Shown here one piece after another: positions 9,867-20,384 of a stretch of 64,000 bases of DNA. The stretch's first letter is position 1, and each line of letters starts with the position of its first letter. The stretch lies in the NCBI GenBank assembly GCA_034530615.2, contig JAVRCV020000039.1, positions 53,863 to 117,862 on the forward strand. The letters are read 5' to 3'. The notes under the pieces are model-generated. The model was not told where the DNA came from. It saw only the letters and a program-made list of their open reading frames with translations, and searched no databases. Position numbers and translations under genes: made by a program. The DNA is from Aulosira sp. ZfuVER01. Lineage in GTDB: Bacteria > Cyanobacteriota > Cyanobacteriia > Cyanobacteriales > Nostocaceae.

Positions 9867-9871
9867 TGCAA

Positions 9872-10489
9872 TTATGAAGTAGTATTAAAAATTTGTTGTG
9901 CGGTCAGGTTGAGTTCTGGGAATGCAGTAGATATAATCCGGTCATCCCCCCTAAATTGAGTAACCTGATATTCGTCATCAACTAGTTTATAAATTGATAA
10001 AGTTGGTTTTTTGGGGCTACCTATATATTTAATCCCACCTAATCCAAGGTAATCTACAATCCAATATTCAGGTATTTTAATCTCTTCATACTCACCCATT
10101 TTTTTATAATAATCATCGCGCCAGTTAGTACTAACTACTTCAACTATTAAAGGAATAGAAGTACCACGTTGAACAGTAGAATATTTAGCCCAAAGTTCTT
10201 CTGATTTTAAAGCAGGCTTATTGAGAACTAATATGTCTGGAGAATAAGTGGATTGGCTAATTGCAGATTGTACCAGCGCAGTTTTGGGAACTGAGTAAGG
10301 CAACTTTAAGCGTTTGATTTCTGAAGATATTTCAATATTTAAAAATCCCGTAACATCTTCATGCTCTCCTGTTGGCTGTGACATTTCAACTATTGCCCCA
10401 TCATGTAGCTCGTAACGTTTATTTGAATTTTCTGGAATCCATTCCAAAAATTCTTTAACTGTTATTGGTTTAAATAATGCTTGACTCAT
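9872..10489 (-). CDS. Uma2 family (DUF820) restriction-endonuclease-fold protein
   Basis: RYELHDGAIVEM, PDILV, LIVEVVSTNWRDDY and IPEYWIVD motifs. Confidence 0.92.
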   Translation of the reverse strand: MSQALFKPITVKEFLEWIPENSNKRYELHDGAIVEMSQPTGEHEDVTGFLNIEISSEIKRLKLPYSVPKTALVQSAISQSTYSPDILVLNKPALKSEELWAKYSTVQRGTSIPLIVEVVSTNWRDDYYKKMGEYEEIKIPEYWIVDYLGLGGIKYIGSPKKPTLSIYKLVDDEYQVTQFRGDDRIISTAFPELNLTAQQIFNTTS

Positions 10490-10522
10490 ACCTTTTAATC
10501 ATCTCTTGCAAAAATAGATTTA

Positions 10523-10637
10523 ATATCGTGTTCGCTGAAAGACTTATCATTAAGGCCGCAGAAGAGCAGAGAGAGAAAGGGTTTTGACGTTTTTGCACAG
10601 ATGGGGGAATTATAACTAAATTATCCGAACTGGATAT
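10523..10637. mobile_element. MITE-like element with ends similar to 776-967 but a different interior
   Basis: Ends ATATCGTGTTCG / CGAACTGGATAT. Confidence 0.45.
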
Positions 10638-10714
10638 CAGAGGAAAAAATAAATTTAGAGACATTGCAGGCAACGTCTCTAAAATTCAAAAGTTGGTATA
10701 GCCTTTAAATATAG

Positions 10715-11452
10715 TTAATGGTGACTTTTAAGAACTCCGAGTTCTTGCTGTATGGGCAACACATCTAAAATATCGGTTTGAGAACAATATTTTAGATCTT
10801 CATAGCATTCCAGTCGCAACAAACGTTTGCCGTGACTGGCTTGGTGTAAAAGTCCTAACAAGTTATCTTGCCATTGAGTGTACAGTGCGATCGCACTAAT
10901 CACTTCATCATTGCCAGCAATTTCTGCTGCTGATAGTTGAGTATGTTGCAAAATACTATGAGCGATCGCACCTGCACATACTGTATCTTCGAGAGAAAAA
11001 CTACCTTCCCAACCAGAACCAACAATCCAGACGGTTTCCGGTTGCTTTTCTAGGAGAAAGTTAACTACCGCAGCACGGTTGATCAAGGCTGCTGCTAGTA
11101 CAGTGGGGGCATCTTGTACCCGTTGTAAGGCACGAGTGCCATTAGTGGTACTGATAAATAAGCGCCGTCCTTGTACCAGTTCTGGGGTGCAATCAAGGGG
11201 CGAATTACCCAAGTCAAAGCCAGCTACTTTTGAGCCACCGCGTTCTCCAGCTCGCAGCCGTTTAACGGGAGACCATTTGTCGCTAACTTCTATGAGTCGA
11301 TCTAAGTCGCTGAACACTTGTACAGCTTCGCCCCCAGCTGCCAAAACCGTCGCCATTGTGCTAGTAGCACGCAGAACATCGACTGCGATCGCACATTCTG
11401 GGGCTTCATCCGTTGGAGTCAATTCCGGGGTATGGTATACGAATAGCTTCAC
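10715..11452 (-). CDS. comB: 2-phosphosulfolactate phosphatase family protein
   Basis: [29 protein letters not shown] and [10 protein letters not shown] motifs. Confidence 0.9.
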   Translation of the reverse strand: MKLFVYHTPELTPTDEAPECAIAVDVLRATSTMATVLAAGGEAVQVFSDLDRLIEVSDKWSPVKRLRAGERGGSKVAGFDLGNSPLDCTPELVQGRRLFISTTNGTRALQRVQDAPTVLAAALINRAAVVNFLLEKQPETVWIVGSGWEGSFSLEDTVCAGAIAHSILQHTQLSAAEIAGNDEVISAIALYTQWQDNLLGLLHQASHGKRLLRLECYEDLKYCSQTDILDVLPIQQELGVLKSHH

Positions 11453-11588
11453 GTTTTAGATAAGCCTGATCTAATGCTGCCGAGAAACATTCTAACCAGT
11501 TGATGTCATTTAAAGTAAGTAAGAATTCTCAAGGGTTATGAATGAGAATGCTCTATGATCGCTCTCTGACGCAGAGATTGATGTGGAA

Positions 11589-11675
11589 TTGGGCATGGGG
11601 CATGGGGCATTGGGCAACATTAGTTATTTCCCCCTTGTCTTCCTTGTCCCCCTTGTCCCCCTTGTCCCCCTTGCT
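11589..11675. repeat. STRR-type short tandem repeats (GGGGCAT heptamers and TCCCCTTGT nonamers)
   Basis: Tandem units are directly visible downstream of the wzc-like gene. Confidence 0.85.
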
Positions 11676-11708
11676 GCCTAGTTGTATGAATCTTAAAGTG
11701 AAACAGTA

Positions 11709-13928
11709 TTACACTTTGGGGGCATCTTTGACATCATTAGCGATCGCGCCAATTAAATTCAACTTGCTTAAAATGTCTCTGGCTTGAATTAGTTCGCTTT
11801 GGGTAATCTGTCCAATTCGCCCTACTAGTACAATCCCATTACATAAGGATGCGACAATTCTGGCATCAACTGTATCTAAAATTGCCGGAGTATCTATGAT
11901 TACTAAATCGTAGGTTTCCTCAAACAGTTCAATTAGCTCTTTCATCCGCGCCGAACTCAGTAGCTTGACTGTATCTTCTGGTGTCGGGCCAGCAGTTAAT
12001 ACGTCAATGTCTGGATGAATGGGTTGGATGTAATCTGCTACTGGGGTATTGCTTTCTTCGACTAATAACAGAGATAAACCCCAGTCATTGGAAAGTTCCA
12101 AGATTTTGTGCAAACTGGGATGCTGCAAATTAGCATCAATCACTAATACCCGGCGGTGCATGTGCGCAGCACTAGCCGCAAGTCCTAACGACAAGGTGGT
12201 TTTTCCTTCACCAGCTAGTGTTGAAGTCAACATTAGCGATTTAAAAGGTAGAGGATACTTTAATATTTGAATATTTTGGTAGACCATATCCAAATTTTCG
12301 TGATATGGCAACCTAGGGCTAGTTTCTACTAAAGGAGTTAGTGTTTGCTGCTGATTCCTAGCCAGCCTAAAAAGCCGCTTTCTCAAACCACCTTCGGTAA
12401 GATTTGGCACAGTTCCCAATAGTCGCAAATTTGTCAGTCTTTGGAATTGTCTTGCCGAATAAATGACATCATGAAACAGTTCCCAAATTAGGGCTGCCAT
12501 AATACCTAAAATCGGCCCAATAATTAATCCTCCACCTAACAGAAATGTTCTGCCACTACCTAGATACATTCCCTTATCTGGTGCTTCTAATACTTGCCAA
12601 TCAAACCCTCCTTGAGCAATTTTTAGCCCTAAAGACTGTTGCGCTTGCAGCAGTTGTTCGAGTGTTTTACGATTGGTTTCTACCTCTGGCAATAGACGAT
12701 TATACTCAGCAATGAGGCGGGGATATTTGCTAAGTTCAGTGCGCAGTCGCTGTTCGGATTCAACTAAACTTTTTTCATTAGCCAGAAGTCCTAAAGAAGT
12801 TGTTTGGACTTGAATTACCTCTTCTACTAGCTTTAAGTCAACCCCTACCATTTGCCCTTGAGTTAATAGCGGTTGCTGAGGATTTACGGTATTTGTAATT
12901 TTATCTCCTAAGGATCTTCCCGCTTCTTGTCGGAGTAACGCCACTTGACTCTGGCGTTGCTGCTTGAGATTTTGTATCTTTGGAGAACTATCTGTATACC
13001 GTAGCCGTTCTTCTGCTAAAGCTAGTTCAGTCTTTTGAATTTCATTGAGTAGCGTTTGGTAGCGAGTTGATTGACTCAAACGCGAAGAAACTACGGCGTT
13101 TTGGGCTGAAGATGCCATTTTTCGCTCTAAGTTGGCTTGGCGAGCGCGGATGTCTTGAAGTTGAGCGCGAGTAGTTTCTAACTGTTTTTGAATATCCGCC
13201 AAAGATTCTAAGAGAATTTTGCTTTGTACTTCTGGGTCAAGTAAATTATGTTTCTTACGGAATTCTTCTAAATTTTTTTCCGATTGACTAACTTCTTTTT
13301 TGATTTCTGGTAAGCGAGCATTCACAAAAGAAAGTCCTTTATGTAAACGCTCGTTTTGTTGTTCTATGTTGTAGTTTTGATAAACAGTTTGTAGCGCTTG
13401 CAGTACTCTTTGTGCTTTGACTGGATCTTTATCTTTGAAGGAAACCTCAAATACTTGACTGGGTACTTTATTAATTCCCGTTCCACCTTCTATTTGAGTT
13501 ACATCTAGAGGTGATTTTTGTCCCCTTTGTTTTTTTCCTTTGATATCTTCTAGGGTTATATTTGGATAATTAGGACGGAGCAAATCTACAGCTTTTTGGA
13601 GTAACTTAGAACTCAGCATCAGTTTTAACTGAGCTGTATAGTCCACAACTTGAAAGTTAGGATCTGTAAACTCACTATCTGTGCCTCCCTGAACATTAGT
13701 TGAGCGTACTCCTTCATATAAATTGGAACTTACCAGTATCTGCATTGAGCTTTGGTAACTCGGTTTAGCAAAGATAGCCAAAAGGCTGGCAACTGACATC
13801 ACTACACAGGAAATACCCAATATAAGATAACGCCTGTGAAACAGAATTGTAGTGAGTTGTTTGATATCAACGGCGCTTTGTGGAGAGTTATTGACCATTT
13901 GCCCTTGATTTAGACTAGTGTTAGTCAC
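11709..13928 (-). CDS. GumC/Wzc-like polysaccharide co-polymerase with a BY-kinase domain
   Basis: N-terminal TM segment, long coiled coil, second TM segment, Walker A STLAGEGKTT, and VLVIDANL and VIIDTP motifs. Confidence 0.9.
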   Translation of the reverse strand: MTNTSLNQGQMVNNSPQSAVDIKQLTTILFHRRYLILGISCVVMSVASLLAIFAKPSYQSSMQILVSSNLYEGVRSTNVQGGTDSEFTDPNFQVVDYTAQLKLMLSSKLLQKAVDLLRPNYPNITLEDIKGKKQRGQKSPLDVTQIEGGTGINKVPSQVFEVSFKDKDPVKAQRVLQALQTVYQNYNIEQQNERLHKGLSFVNARLPEIKKEVSQSEKNLEEFRKKHNLLDPEVQSKILLESLADIQKQLETTRAQLQDIRARQANLERKMASSAQNAVVSSRLSQSTRYQTLLNEIQKTELALAEERLRYTDSSPKIQNLKQQRQSQVALLRQEAGRSLGDKITNTVNPQQPLLTQGQMVGVDLKLVEEVIQVQTTSLGLLANEKSLVESEQRLRTELSKYPRLIAEYNRLLPEVETNRKTLEQLLQAQQSLGLKIAQGGFDWQVLEAPDKGMYLGSGRTFLLGGGLIIGPILGIMAALIWELFHDVIYSARQFQRLTNLRLLGTVPNLTEGGLRKRLFRLARNQQQTLTPLVETSPRLPYHENLDMVYQNIQILKYPLPFKSLMLTSTLAGEGKTTLSLGLAASAAHMHRRVLVIDANLQHPSLHKILELSNDWGLSLLLVEESNTPVADYIQPIHPDIDVLTAGPTPEDTVKLLSSARMKELIELFEETYDLVIIDTPAILDTVDARIVASLCNGIVLVGRIGQITQSELIQARDILSKLNLIGAIANDVKDAPKV

Positions 13929-14232
13929 TATAAAATCCTCTAATCGTGAAATAATAAATCAGGAAGATTTGGAGAAAATCTCTTTGAGGTGAATTTTGAT
14001 TAAACTATAGACGCCATTTTAGTCTAAAGGATTCCTAGCGCAAACAAATAAATGATTTTCAAGGATTACACTGAGACTAATTATAATTGATGTTTTCTAT
14101 CTAACTAAAGTCAAAAGAACTTGATAAAAATATCATGCTGTAATTGATACAAAGATTCTATGTAAAAATCTGCATACCGAACAGATTAACAATTGTTATT
14201 AGCTAAAATATTAGCAAGCAAATAAAAAGCAA

Positions 14233-15165
14233 TTAGCTGGTTTTTAATAATCGAAAATAACTCTTGTGAAGGATTTGTTTAATTTTTCGTTTTAGTCTAT
14301 ATATCAAACTCAAATGAAACTGAGTTTGCTGTGTAAATTTATCAGCCTGTGCATCACGAATCATAAACTCTGGATGTTGAAGAGGAAATTCCATTGCTTG
14401 AGCAGGATGATTGGCAAAAGGGCTGTAAATATCTTTTGTATTAGCAGCTCCTGTACTAAAGCCAATGTTAGAAACTAAGTTGACATTGGGCAAAATATTT
14501 AAACCATTTTGCAGCCAAGATGTCAAAGTCCAAGGATAATCCCAAGTATTAATCTTGCCTTCATAGCAAGTTTGAAAAATTTCAGTCCAGTAGCGAACAG
14601 CAGTTGAATCATTAAGTATATCTTGTAGCCAGTTATTATTTTTGATGGCTACCCATTGTTTCATATCTAAATCATACTGTTGCCATGCTCTGCGCCAAGT
14701 TGCCCATCCCCAAATCAGGGGATAACGAGAAAAGTAATAGCTATCTTCGGTACGTCGGCGACCAAACTGAAAATTATTGCCGGAGATTGTCATGATGCGT
14801 TGGTCGTGGCGATATTTATCTAATAATTCCTCACAATAGGCAAAAAATGTCGGATGTGGTAAGCAATCATCTTCGAGAATAATGGCTTCTTCTACTTGCT
14901 GAAATACCCAGTTTAGCCCTGTTGCTATACGTATCTTTGCTCCTAAATTTTTCTCAGCATAGTTTTTTAGTATTTTGCAATCCCAATCAACTTGCTCAAT
15001 AATTTTTCGCGTAGCAGCACACTGTTCTACATCATCAGGGAAATCTGAGCGATAGCCATCAGCAATTACTAATAGTTTGGCAGGTTTAACTTGACGAATT
15101 ACCTCAAATACTTTGGCTGTAATATCTGGTCTATTAAAGATGATAAAAACAACAGTAGTATTCAT
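14233..15165 (-). CDS. GT-A fold glycosyltransferase (HlpA-like), tandem paralog A
   Basis: FIIFNRPD, AIILEDDCLP, IWGWATWRRAW and NLVSNIGF motifs. Confidence 0.85.
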   Translation of the reverse strand: MNTTVVFIIFNRPDITAKVFEVIRQVKPAKLLVIADGYRSDFPDDVEQCAATRKIIEQVDWDCKILKNYAEKNLGAKIRIATGLNWVFQQVEEAIILEDDCLPHPTFFAYCEELLDKYRHDQRIMTISGNNFQFGRRRTEDSYYFSRYPLIWGWATWRRAWQQYDLDMKQWVAIKNNNWLQDILNDSTAVRYWTEIFQTCYEGKINTWDYPWTLTSWLQNGLNILPNVNLVSNIGFSTGAANTKDIYSPFANHPAQAMEFPLQHPEFMIRDAQADKFTQQTQFHLSLIYRLKRKIKQILHKSYFRLLKTS

Positions 15166-15255
15166 AATTTATGTTGGTAATAAAATATTTACAGGATGTG
15201 CATTGCCCACAATATTTGAGTTTTAATAATGCCTAACCTACTGGTAAACAATAAA

Positions 15256-16167
15256 TTAACTGAAAAATAGCAGTTTTTTTTTGACTAAACTTTTCAGATG
15301 AGATATCAAACTGAGATGAAACTGAGTTTGCTGTGTAAATTTATCAGCCTGTGCATCACGAATCATAAACTCTGGATGTTTGATTGGAAATTCCATTGCT
15401 TGAGTAGGATGATTAGCAAAGGGGCTATAAATATCTCTGGTATTAGCGGCTTCGGTACTAAAGCCAATGTTAGAAACTAAGTTGATATTTGGCAGAATAG
15501 TTAAACCATTTTGTAGCCAAGATGTCAAAGTCCAGAGAAAAGCCCAAGAATCAATATTGCCTTGATAACAATTTTGAAAAATTTTTTGCCAGTAACGAAC
15601 GGCGGTGGCATCATCAAGGATATCTTGTAGCCAGTTATCATCTCTGATGGCTAGCCAATGCTGCATTTCGATATCATACTGTTGCCATGCCCTGCGCCAA
15701 GTTGCCCATCCCCAAATTAGTGGATAACGAGAAAAGTAATAGCTATACTCTGTACGCCGACGACCAAACTGAAAATTATTGCCGGAAATTGTCATGATGC
15801 GTTGATCGTGGCGATATTTATCTAATAATTCCTCACAATAGGCAAAAAATGTTGGATGTGGTAAACAATCATCTTCAAGAATAATTGCTTCTTCTACTTG
15901 CTGAAATACCCAATTGAGTCCTGTTACTATCCGCTGTTTACAGCCAAGATTGATATCAGAAGAGTTTTTAATTACTTGACAGTTCCAATCAATTTTATCC
16001 AAGATTTTATTGGCAGCAGCGCACTTCTCAACATCTTGTGGATATTGCTGACGCGGGCCATCAGCAATTACTAACAGCTTAGGAGGTTTAACTTGACGAA
16101 TGACCTCAAATACTTTTGCTGTGGTGTCTGGTTTATTAAAGATGATGAAGGCGACAGCAGTATTCAT
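15256..16167 (-). CDS. GT-A fold glycosyltransferase (HlpA-like), tandem paralog B
   Basis: Same motifs. The central block is nearly identical in protein to 14233-15165. Confidence 0.85.
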   Translation of the reverse strand: MNTAVAFIIFNKPDTTAKVFEVIRQVKPPKLLVIADGPRQQYPQDVEKCAAANKILDKIDWNCQVIKNSSDINLGCKQRIVTGLNWVFQQVEEAIILEDDCLPHPTFFAYCEELLDKYRHDQRIMTISGNNFQFGRRRTEYSYYFSRYPLIWGWATWRRAWQQYDIEMQHWLAIRDDNWLQDILDDATAVRYWQKIFQNCYQGNIDSWAFLWTLTSWLQNGLTILPNINLVSNIGFSTEAANTRDIYSPFANHPTQAMEFPIKHPEFMIRDAQADKFTQQTQFHLSLISHLKSLVKKKLLFFS

Positions 16168-16292
16168 AACTACATTTTCAAATCTATGTGATTCATAAAA
16201 ACATTAGATTTCCTGAATATGAGTTAAAAATTGCAAAGGGAATGGGGAATAAGGAAATTAATTCCGCACCAGCGGATTCATTTGTAGGATGA

Positions 16293-18167
16293 TTAATTTT
16301 GAATTTTGAATTTCTCGGAAGAAGGTTGACCTAACTCATATTGCATTTGGTGATATTGCCAGAACTTACCACGCTGTTGCAAAAGTTCTTGGTATCCTCC
16401 CTGTTCTACGATGTGTCCTTGTTCGAGTACGATAATTTTGTCGGCTCTAAAAATAGTAGATAGCCGATGAGCGATCGCAATTACTGTTCTACCCACTGCT
16501 AGCTTTTCCAGGGAATCCTGAATTAAGCGTTCGGAAACCGAGTCGAGGGCAGAAGTGGCTTCATCGAGAATCAAAATTTCTGGGTTGCGTAACAAGGCGC
16601 GGGCTATAGCAATGCGTTGGCGTTGTCCGCCAGATAAACGAATTCCGCGATCGCCTAGTTTGGTATTAAATCCTTGGGGTAACTCTAAAATAAATTCCAG
16701 CGCATTCGCTTGTCTAGCAGCTTCTTTGATTTCCGCATCGTCCACACCTTCTAAGCCATAGGCAATATTGTTGTGTACGGTTGTATTGAAAATAAACGTA
16801 TCTTGGCTGACTACCGCCATGCGCGATCGCAGTGATTTTAGCTGAAATTGCCGCAAGTCTATGCCATCAACCAAAATTTTGCCTGCTGTGGGATCGTAGA
16901 AGCGCATCAGCAAGTCTGCTAAGGTTGTCTTACCAGAACCAGAAGCCCCCACCAGTGCTACCATCTGATTGCGTTCGATGCTGAGGTTGATATCCTCTAA
17001 TACTAACTTGCGATCGTCGTAGCTAAAATCTACACCCATAAATTCAAGCGATCGCTTTAAGCCAGAAAACTCACGTTCTCCATCTGGCATATAAGTTTTA
17101 TTATCATTTCTTAAAAGTTCGTGGACACTTATTATTGAGCCGTAATAAGTAGCAATTAAGCCCCAGGAACTGTTCATGTGCGAAATGATCGGTAGCAGGC
17201 GGAATAAAGCAAACAGAAAAGCTAGTAACAGCACTACATGGAGTTTACCGCTAGCGACGAGGGTAGTAACTGCTACCAGAATTATGGCAATTAAAATTGT
17301 GGTGGCGATCGCTTCAATTAATGGTTGAACAACTCCACCAATTGAATTCATTTTCATCCAAGCTTTGACAACTTGCCCAGCCACTTTGTAAAAACGTCTA
17401 CGTTCAAAATCTTGAGTCCAAAATGCCTGCACAGTGCGCACACCACCCACAAATTCTACAGCCGTGGATGCTAACTCACTAGCAGCAGTTGTCATTTCCA
17501 CGCTAGCTGCGCGTACTCGCCGGATCAAATTTGATGCGCCTGCTGCGAGTAAACTAAATAAAATGATTGTGGCTAGGGTCAATTGCCAAGAAATCACAAA
17601 CATGGCAATAGTGTATGCCAAAATAATGCAGCTTTTGCTAACAAAATTAATTACTTCATTGAAAACATAACTAATTTCATTCACCTCAGTAGCAAAAGTG
17701 TGAAAAAGTTCTCCAGAACGCTTTTGTGTGTAGTAACTTAAGCTGAGATTTTGCAACTGTGCAAAAATTTGTTTGCGCAGATTATCTATTAAACGCACTT
17801 CACAGTATTTTGCGCTATAACGTCCTAGGTAGCTGAAAATAGCACGCGCCCAAACATTTACTAAAATTAATCCTGATATGCGATATATTCGCTCAGATGC
17901 AGTAGCTTTCGTCCCTAAAACCCCAATATCTAACCAATCAATTCCTGTATGTAGCGGTGGCTGGTTACTATTTGTTAAACTTTGTAATAAAAATGCCACC
18001 AAACCTATTCCAGTAGCTTCTAGAAATGCTCCTATCAAGGTGAGTAATATTGCTGTAGAAGCAATACCCCTCAATGGCTTAAACGACTTGATAATTAGAT
18101 AGTTTTCCTGCCAGAATTTGGTTTTGACTATTAGTTTACGGATGGGTTTAGGTAGCTCAATTTGCAT
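16293..18167 (-). CDS. HepA-like ABC transporter (permease + ATPase)
   Basis: HepA-type N-terminus (TKFWQENYLI..., TGIDWLDIGVLG..ERIYRISGLIL), plus [16 protein letters not shown] and [10 protein letters not shown]. Confidence 0.85.
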   Translation of the reverse strand: MQIELPKPIRKLIVKTKFWQENYLIIKSFKPLRGIASTAILLTLIGAFLEATGIGLVAFLLQSLTNSNQPPLHTGIDWLDIGVLGTKATASERIYRISGLILVNVWARAIFSYLGRYSAKYCEVRLIDNLRKQIFAQLQNLSLSYYTQKRSGELFHTFATEVNEISYVFNEVINFVSKSCIILAYTIAMFVISWQLTLATIILFSLLAAGASNLIRRVRAASVEMTTAASELASTAVEFVGGVRTVQAFWTQDFERRRFYKVAGQVVKAWMKMNSIGGVVQPLIEAIATTILIAIILVAVTTLVASGKLHVVLLLAFLFALFRLLPIISHMNSSWGLIATYYGSIISVHELLRNDNKTYMPDGEREFSGLKRSLEFMGVDFSYDDRKLVLEDINLSIERNQMVALVGASGSGKTTLADLLMRFYDPTAGKILVDGIDLRQFQLKSLRSRMAVVSQDTFIFNTTVHNNIAYGLEGVDDAEIKEAARQANALEFILELPQGFNTKLGDRGIRLSGGQRQRIAIARALLRNPEILILDEATSALDSVSERLIQDSLEKLAVGRTVIAIAHRLSTIFRADKIIVLEQGHIVEQGGYQELLQQRGKFWQYHQMQYELGQPSSEKFKIQN

Positions 18168-18204
18168 AAATAGTTTTAGGTTGCGGTTTTATTAATTAAA
18201 TCGT

Positions 18205-19131
18205 TCACCTCAGAGAAACAATATTTTTTTGCAACCTGCGAGGTACTATTGACTTGATAAACCGCCGAGAATTTTTTACTGGAGAATTTAACGTTAGCAG
18301 CCAGAGTACCAACTGCCATCTTTTTTGATAAGGTCTATATTTAGCAAAAAACTTCAGGGCGGAAACTATATGTACTAGCCGCAGGTAGTTAAATAGGGAA
18401 CTGGTACTTGAGCGTTGATAAAGATGTAGTGCCGATGCTTCGGGTTGAAATAACACTCGATAACCATTTTGCCAAGCATCCAAACATAAACTTACATCTT
18501 CAAAATATAAGAAAAAACGTTCATCAAATAAACCATACCGCCTAATGTACTCTCCCGATACCATCATAAAAGCGCCTATTGCCCAGTTGACCTCCACGGC
18601 TTTTTGCGGAGGAGGCATTTGATTGTAGTAGTAGTCAAAGGGATGTAATAAAGTTTGTAGCGTTTCACCTAATAACTGCTTGAGCAATAAGTAAGTAAAT
18701 GTAGGGAATCGACGGATTGAAGGTTGTACTGAACGATCTAAGTAAACTAGCTTGGGGCAAACGATCGCAATATCTCGATCTGAGTTTAATGTTGTAGCTA
18801 ACTTGGTAATTACCTCAGGCTTAAATGTAACATCTGGATTCACCAATACATACATTCTGCTGGGTGAAGCTGCAACTGCCCGATTATTACCTGTAGCGAA
18901 ACCCAAGTTTTGTTTGCCTTTAATTCCGATAAACGTCTGGGGATATTTTCTGCTAAATTCATCGAGAATTTGCGGACAGGTATCAGCAGAGGCATTGTCA
19001 TAAACTACAATTCTGCCTGTACGTGGATAGTATTTTTGAACTGCTATCAAGCATGACTCGATTGCAGCTCTTAAAGTCTGAGCCGAGTTCCAGGAAACAA
19101 TAATAAAAGAAAGCTCGTTGATCGATGTCAT
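18205..19131 (-). CDS. Family 2 glycosyltransferase (rhamnosyltransferase-like)
   Basis: FIIVSWNS, VYDNASAD, NLGFATGNN, VNPD and FDERFFLYFED motifs. Confidence 0.88.
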   Translation of the reverse strand: MTSINELSFIIVSWNSAQTLRAAIESCLIAVQKYYPRTGRIVVYDNASADTCPQILDEFSRKYPQTFIGIKGKQNLGFATGNNRAVAASPSRMYVLVNPDVTFKPEVITKLATTLNSDRDIAIVCPKLVYLDRSVQPSIRRFPTFTYLLLKQLLGETLQTLLHPFDYYYNQMPPPQKAVEVNWAIGAFMMVSGEYIRRYGLFDERFFLYFEDVSLCLDAWQNGYRVLFQPEASALHLYQRSSTSSLFNYLRLVHIVSALKFFAKYRPYQKRWQLVLWLLTLNSPVKNSRRFIKSIVPRRLQKNIVSLR

Positions 19132-20384
19132 TATCTACACACCCTCATAAACACTCCTCGTGTGTAAAGGCAATAAGGCTACCATCCACATCTAATTAAC
19201 TAAATTGATACTAAGAATAATGTACAGTTTTGGCATTTACGAAGTTAATTTGGAAACATCGTGATAGTCAAATTCAACGTTTAATTACTGAATTATTTTT
19301 TATCTATATATAGCTATATAGAGAGCAATCCATACCGCACACTAAGGATATTCAAGCAAATTTGTCAACCAGTTCTGTTAGATAATCACAATTTTCCTCA
19401 TCGAAGTATTAATTTTATTCAACTGAGAATATCAATACTAGAATCAGAGTCCTTACAGAGTCAACTTTGTCTACTAAATTTTACTATTTTCTCACTAATT
19501 TACTACTTTATAGCCTCAGTGGTGTCATATTTTTTTATACATTTTTTTATCAGGGATATTGGAGAAAATTCTGTTGACTAATGGAAAAAATTTAGATTTA
19601 ACTGCCGACATCAAATATTTGTATGTACTTTATTTTACTTAAAAATATTTATTTGTATAAATTTTTAGATGACAAACTAATACGAATTTGAAAAAATATT
19701 GTCAGGACTGGATTTAGCAAAACCAGGCACAGCAGGCGATTCCCAATCCCAAATCCCAAATTTTCCATCCAAAATGGTATGAGTAAAATCAAGCTTTTTG
19801 AGAAGATACACATAAGTACTCAGTTAATAAGTTAACTTTCCTGTATAATCAAAGTTATAATTCCATAGAGAATTTATTTGGCAAGTAAAAAAGTAGATTT
19901 GAGAAATTGCTTGCTGAAAGTTATATACCAATGAGGCTTGATTAATCTACTTAAGGATCTCTGCGGTAATATAGCTAGAGTTTTGGATCGTGTTGTGTTA
20001 TGTCAAGCAATGGAGTTAGTGAGATGCTCATTAATTGTTCTTATCTTTATCTCAAAAAAGTTATAGGTATTACTAATCAGTAGTGATTAGTGGAAACATA
20101 TCTGCTGAGGCTGTTGAAGATGTTTAAAATACAACAGAATATATAACCTTGCTTTGCGAACTTCAAATTGATTCTTTATTCCGATTACCAGTATTGAATT
20201 AAGCAGGGTATACAGTATTTCAGCCAGGTTTGATTTACCTGATGCAGATATTCGATTGTTTAAGATTTTTGGGTATCTATCCAACTGTGATTGGGATAGC
20301 AAAGTCTATGCAATCATCAGCTTTAGCAGATAACCTTGCAAACGGCCTGCATACATAAGCGATCAAAATATTACTCTGCAAACT

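Noticed and set aside
11542..11787. ORF with WAWGMGHW / SPLSPL repeats
   Set aside because: It is a translation of STRR tracts and overlaps the wzc-like gene on the opposite strand.
20087..20302. 71-aa ORF in the divergent promoter region
   Set aside because: TTG start, no recognisable motif, and antisense to the likely hepC-like leader.
19132..20384. NtcA or DIF1 heterocyst promoter motifs
   Set aside because: I could not find a convincing GTA-N8-TAC with a -10 box, or TCCGGA, by eye. A motif scan is needed.
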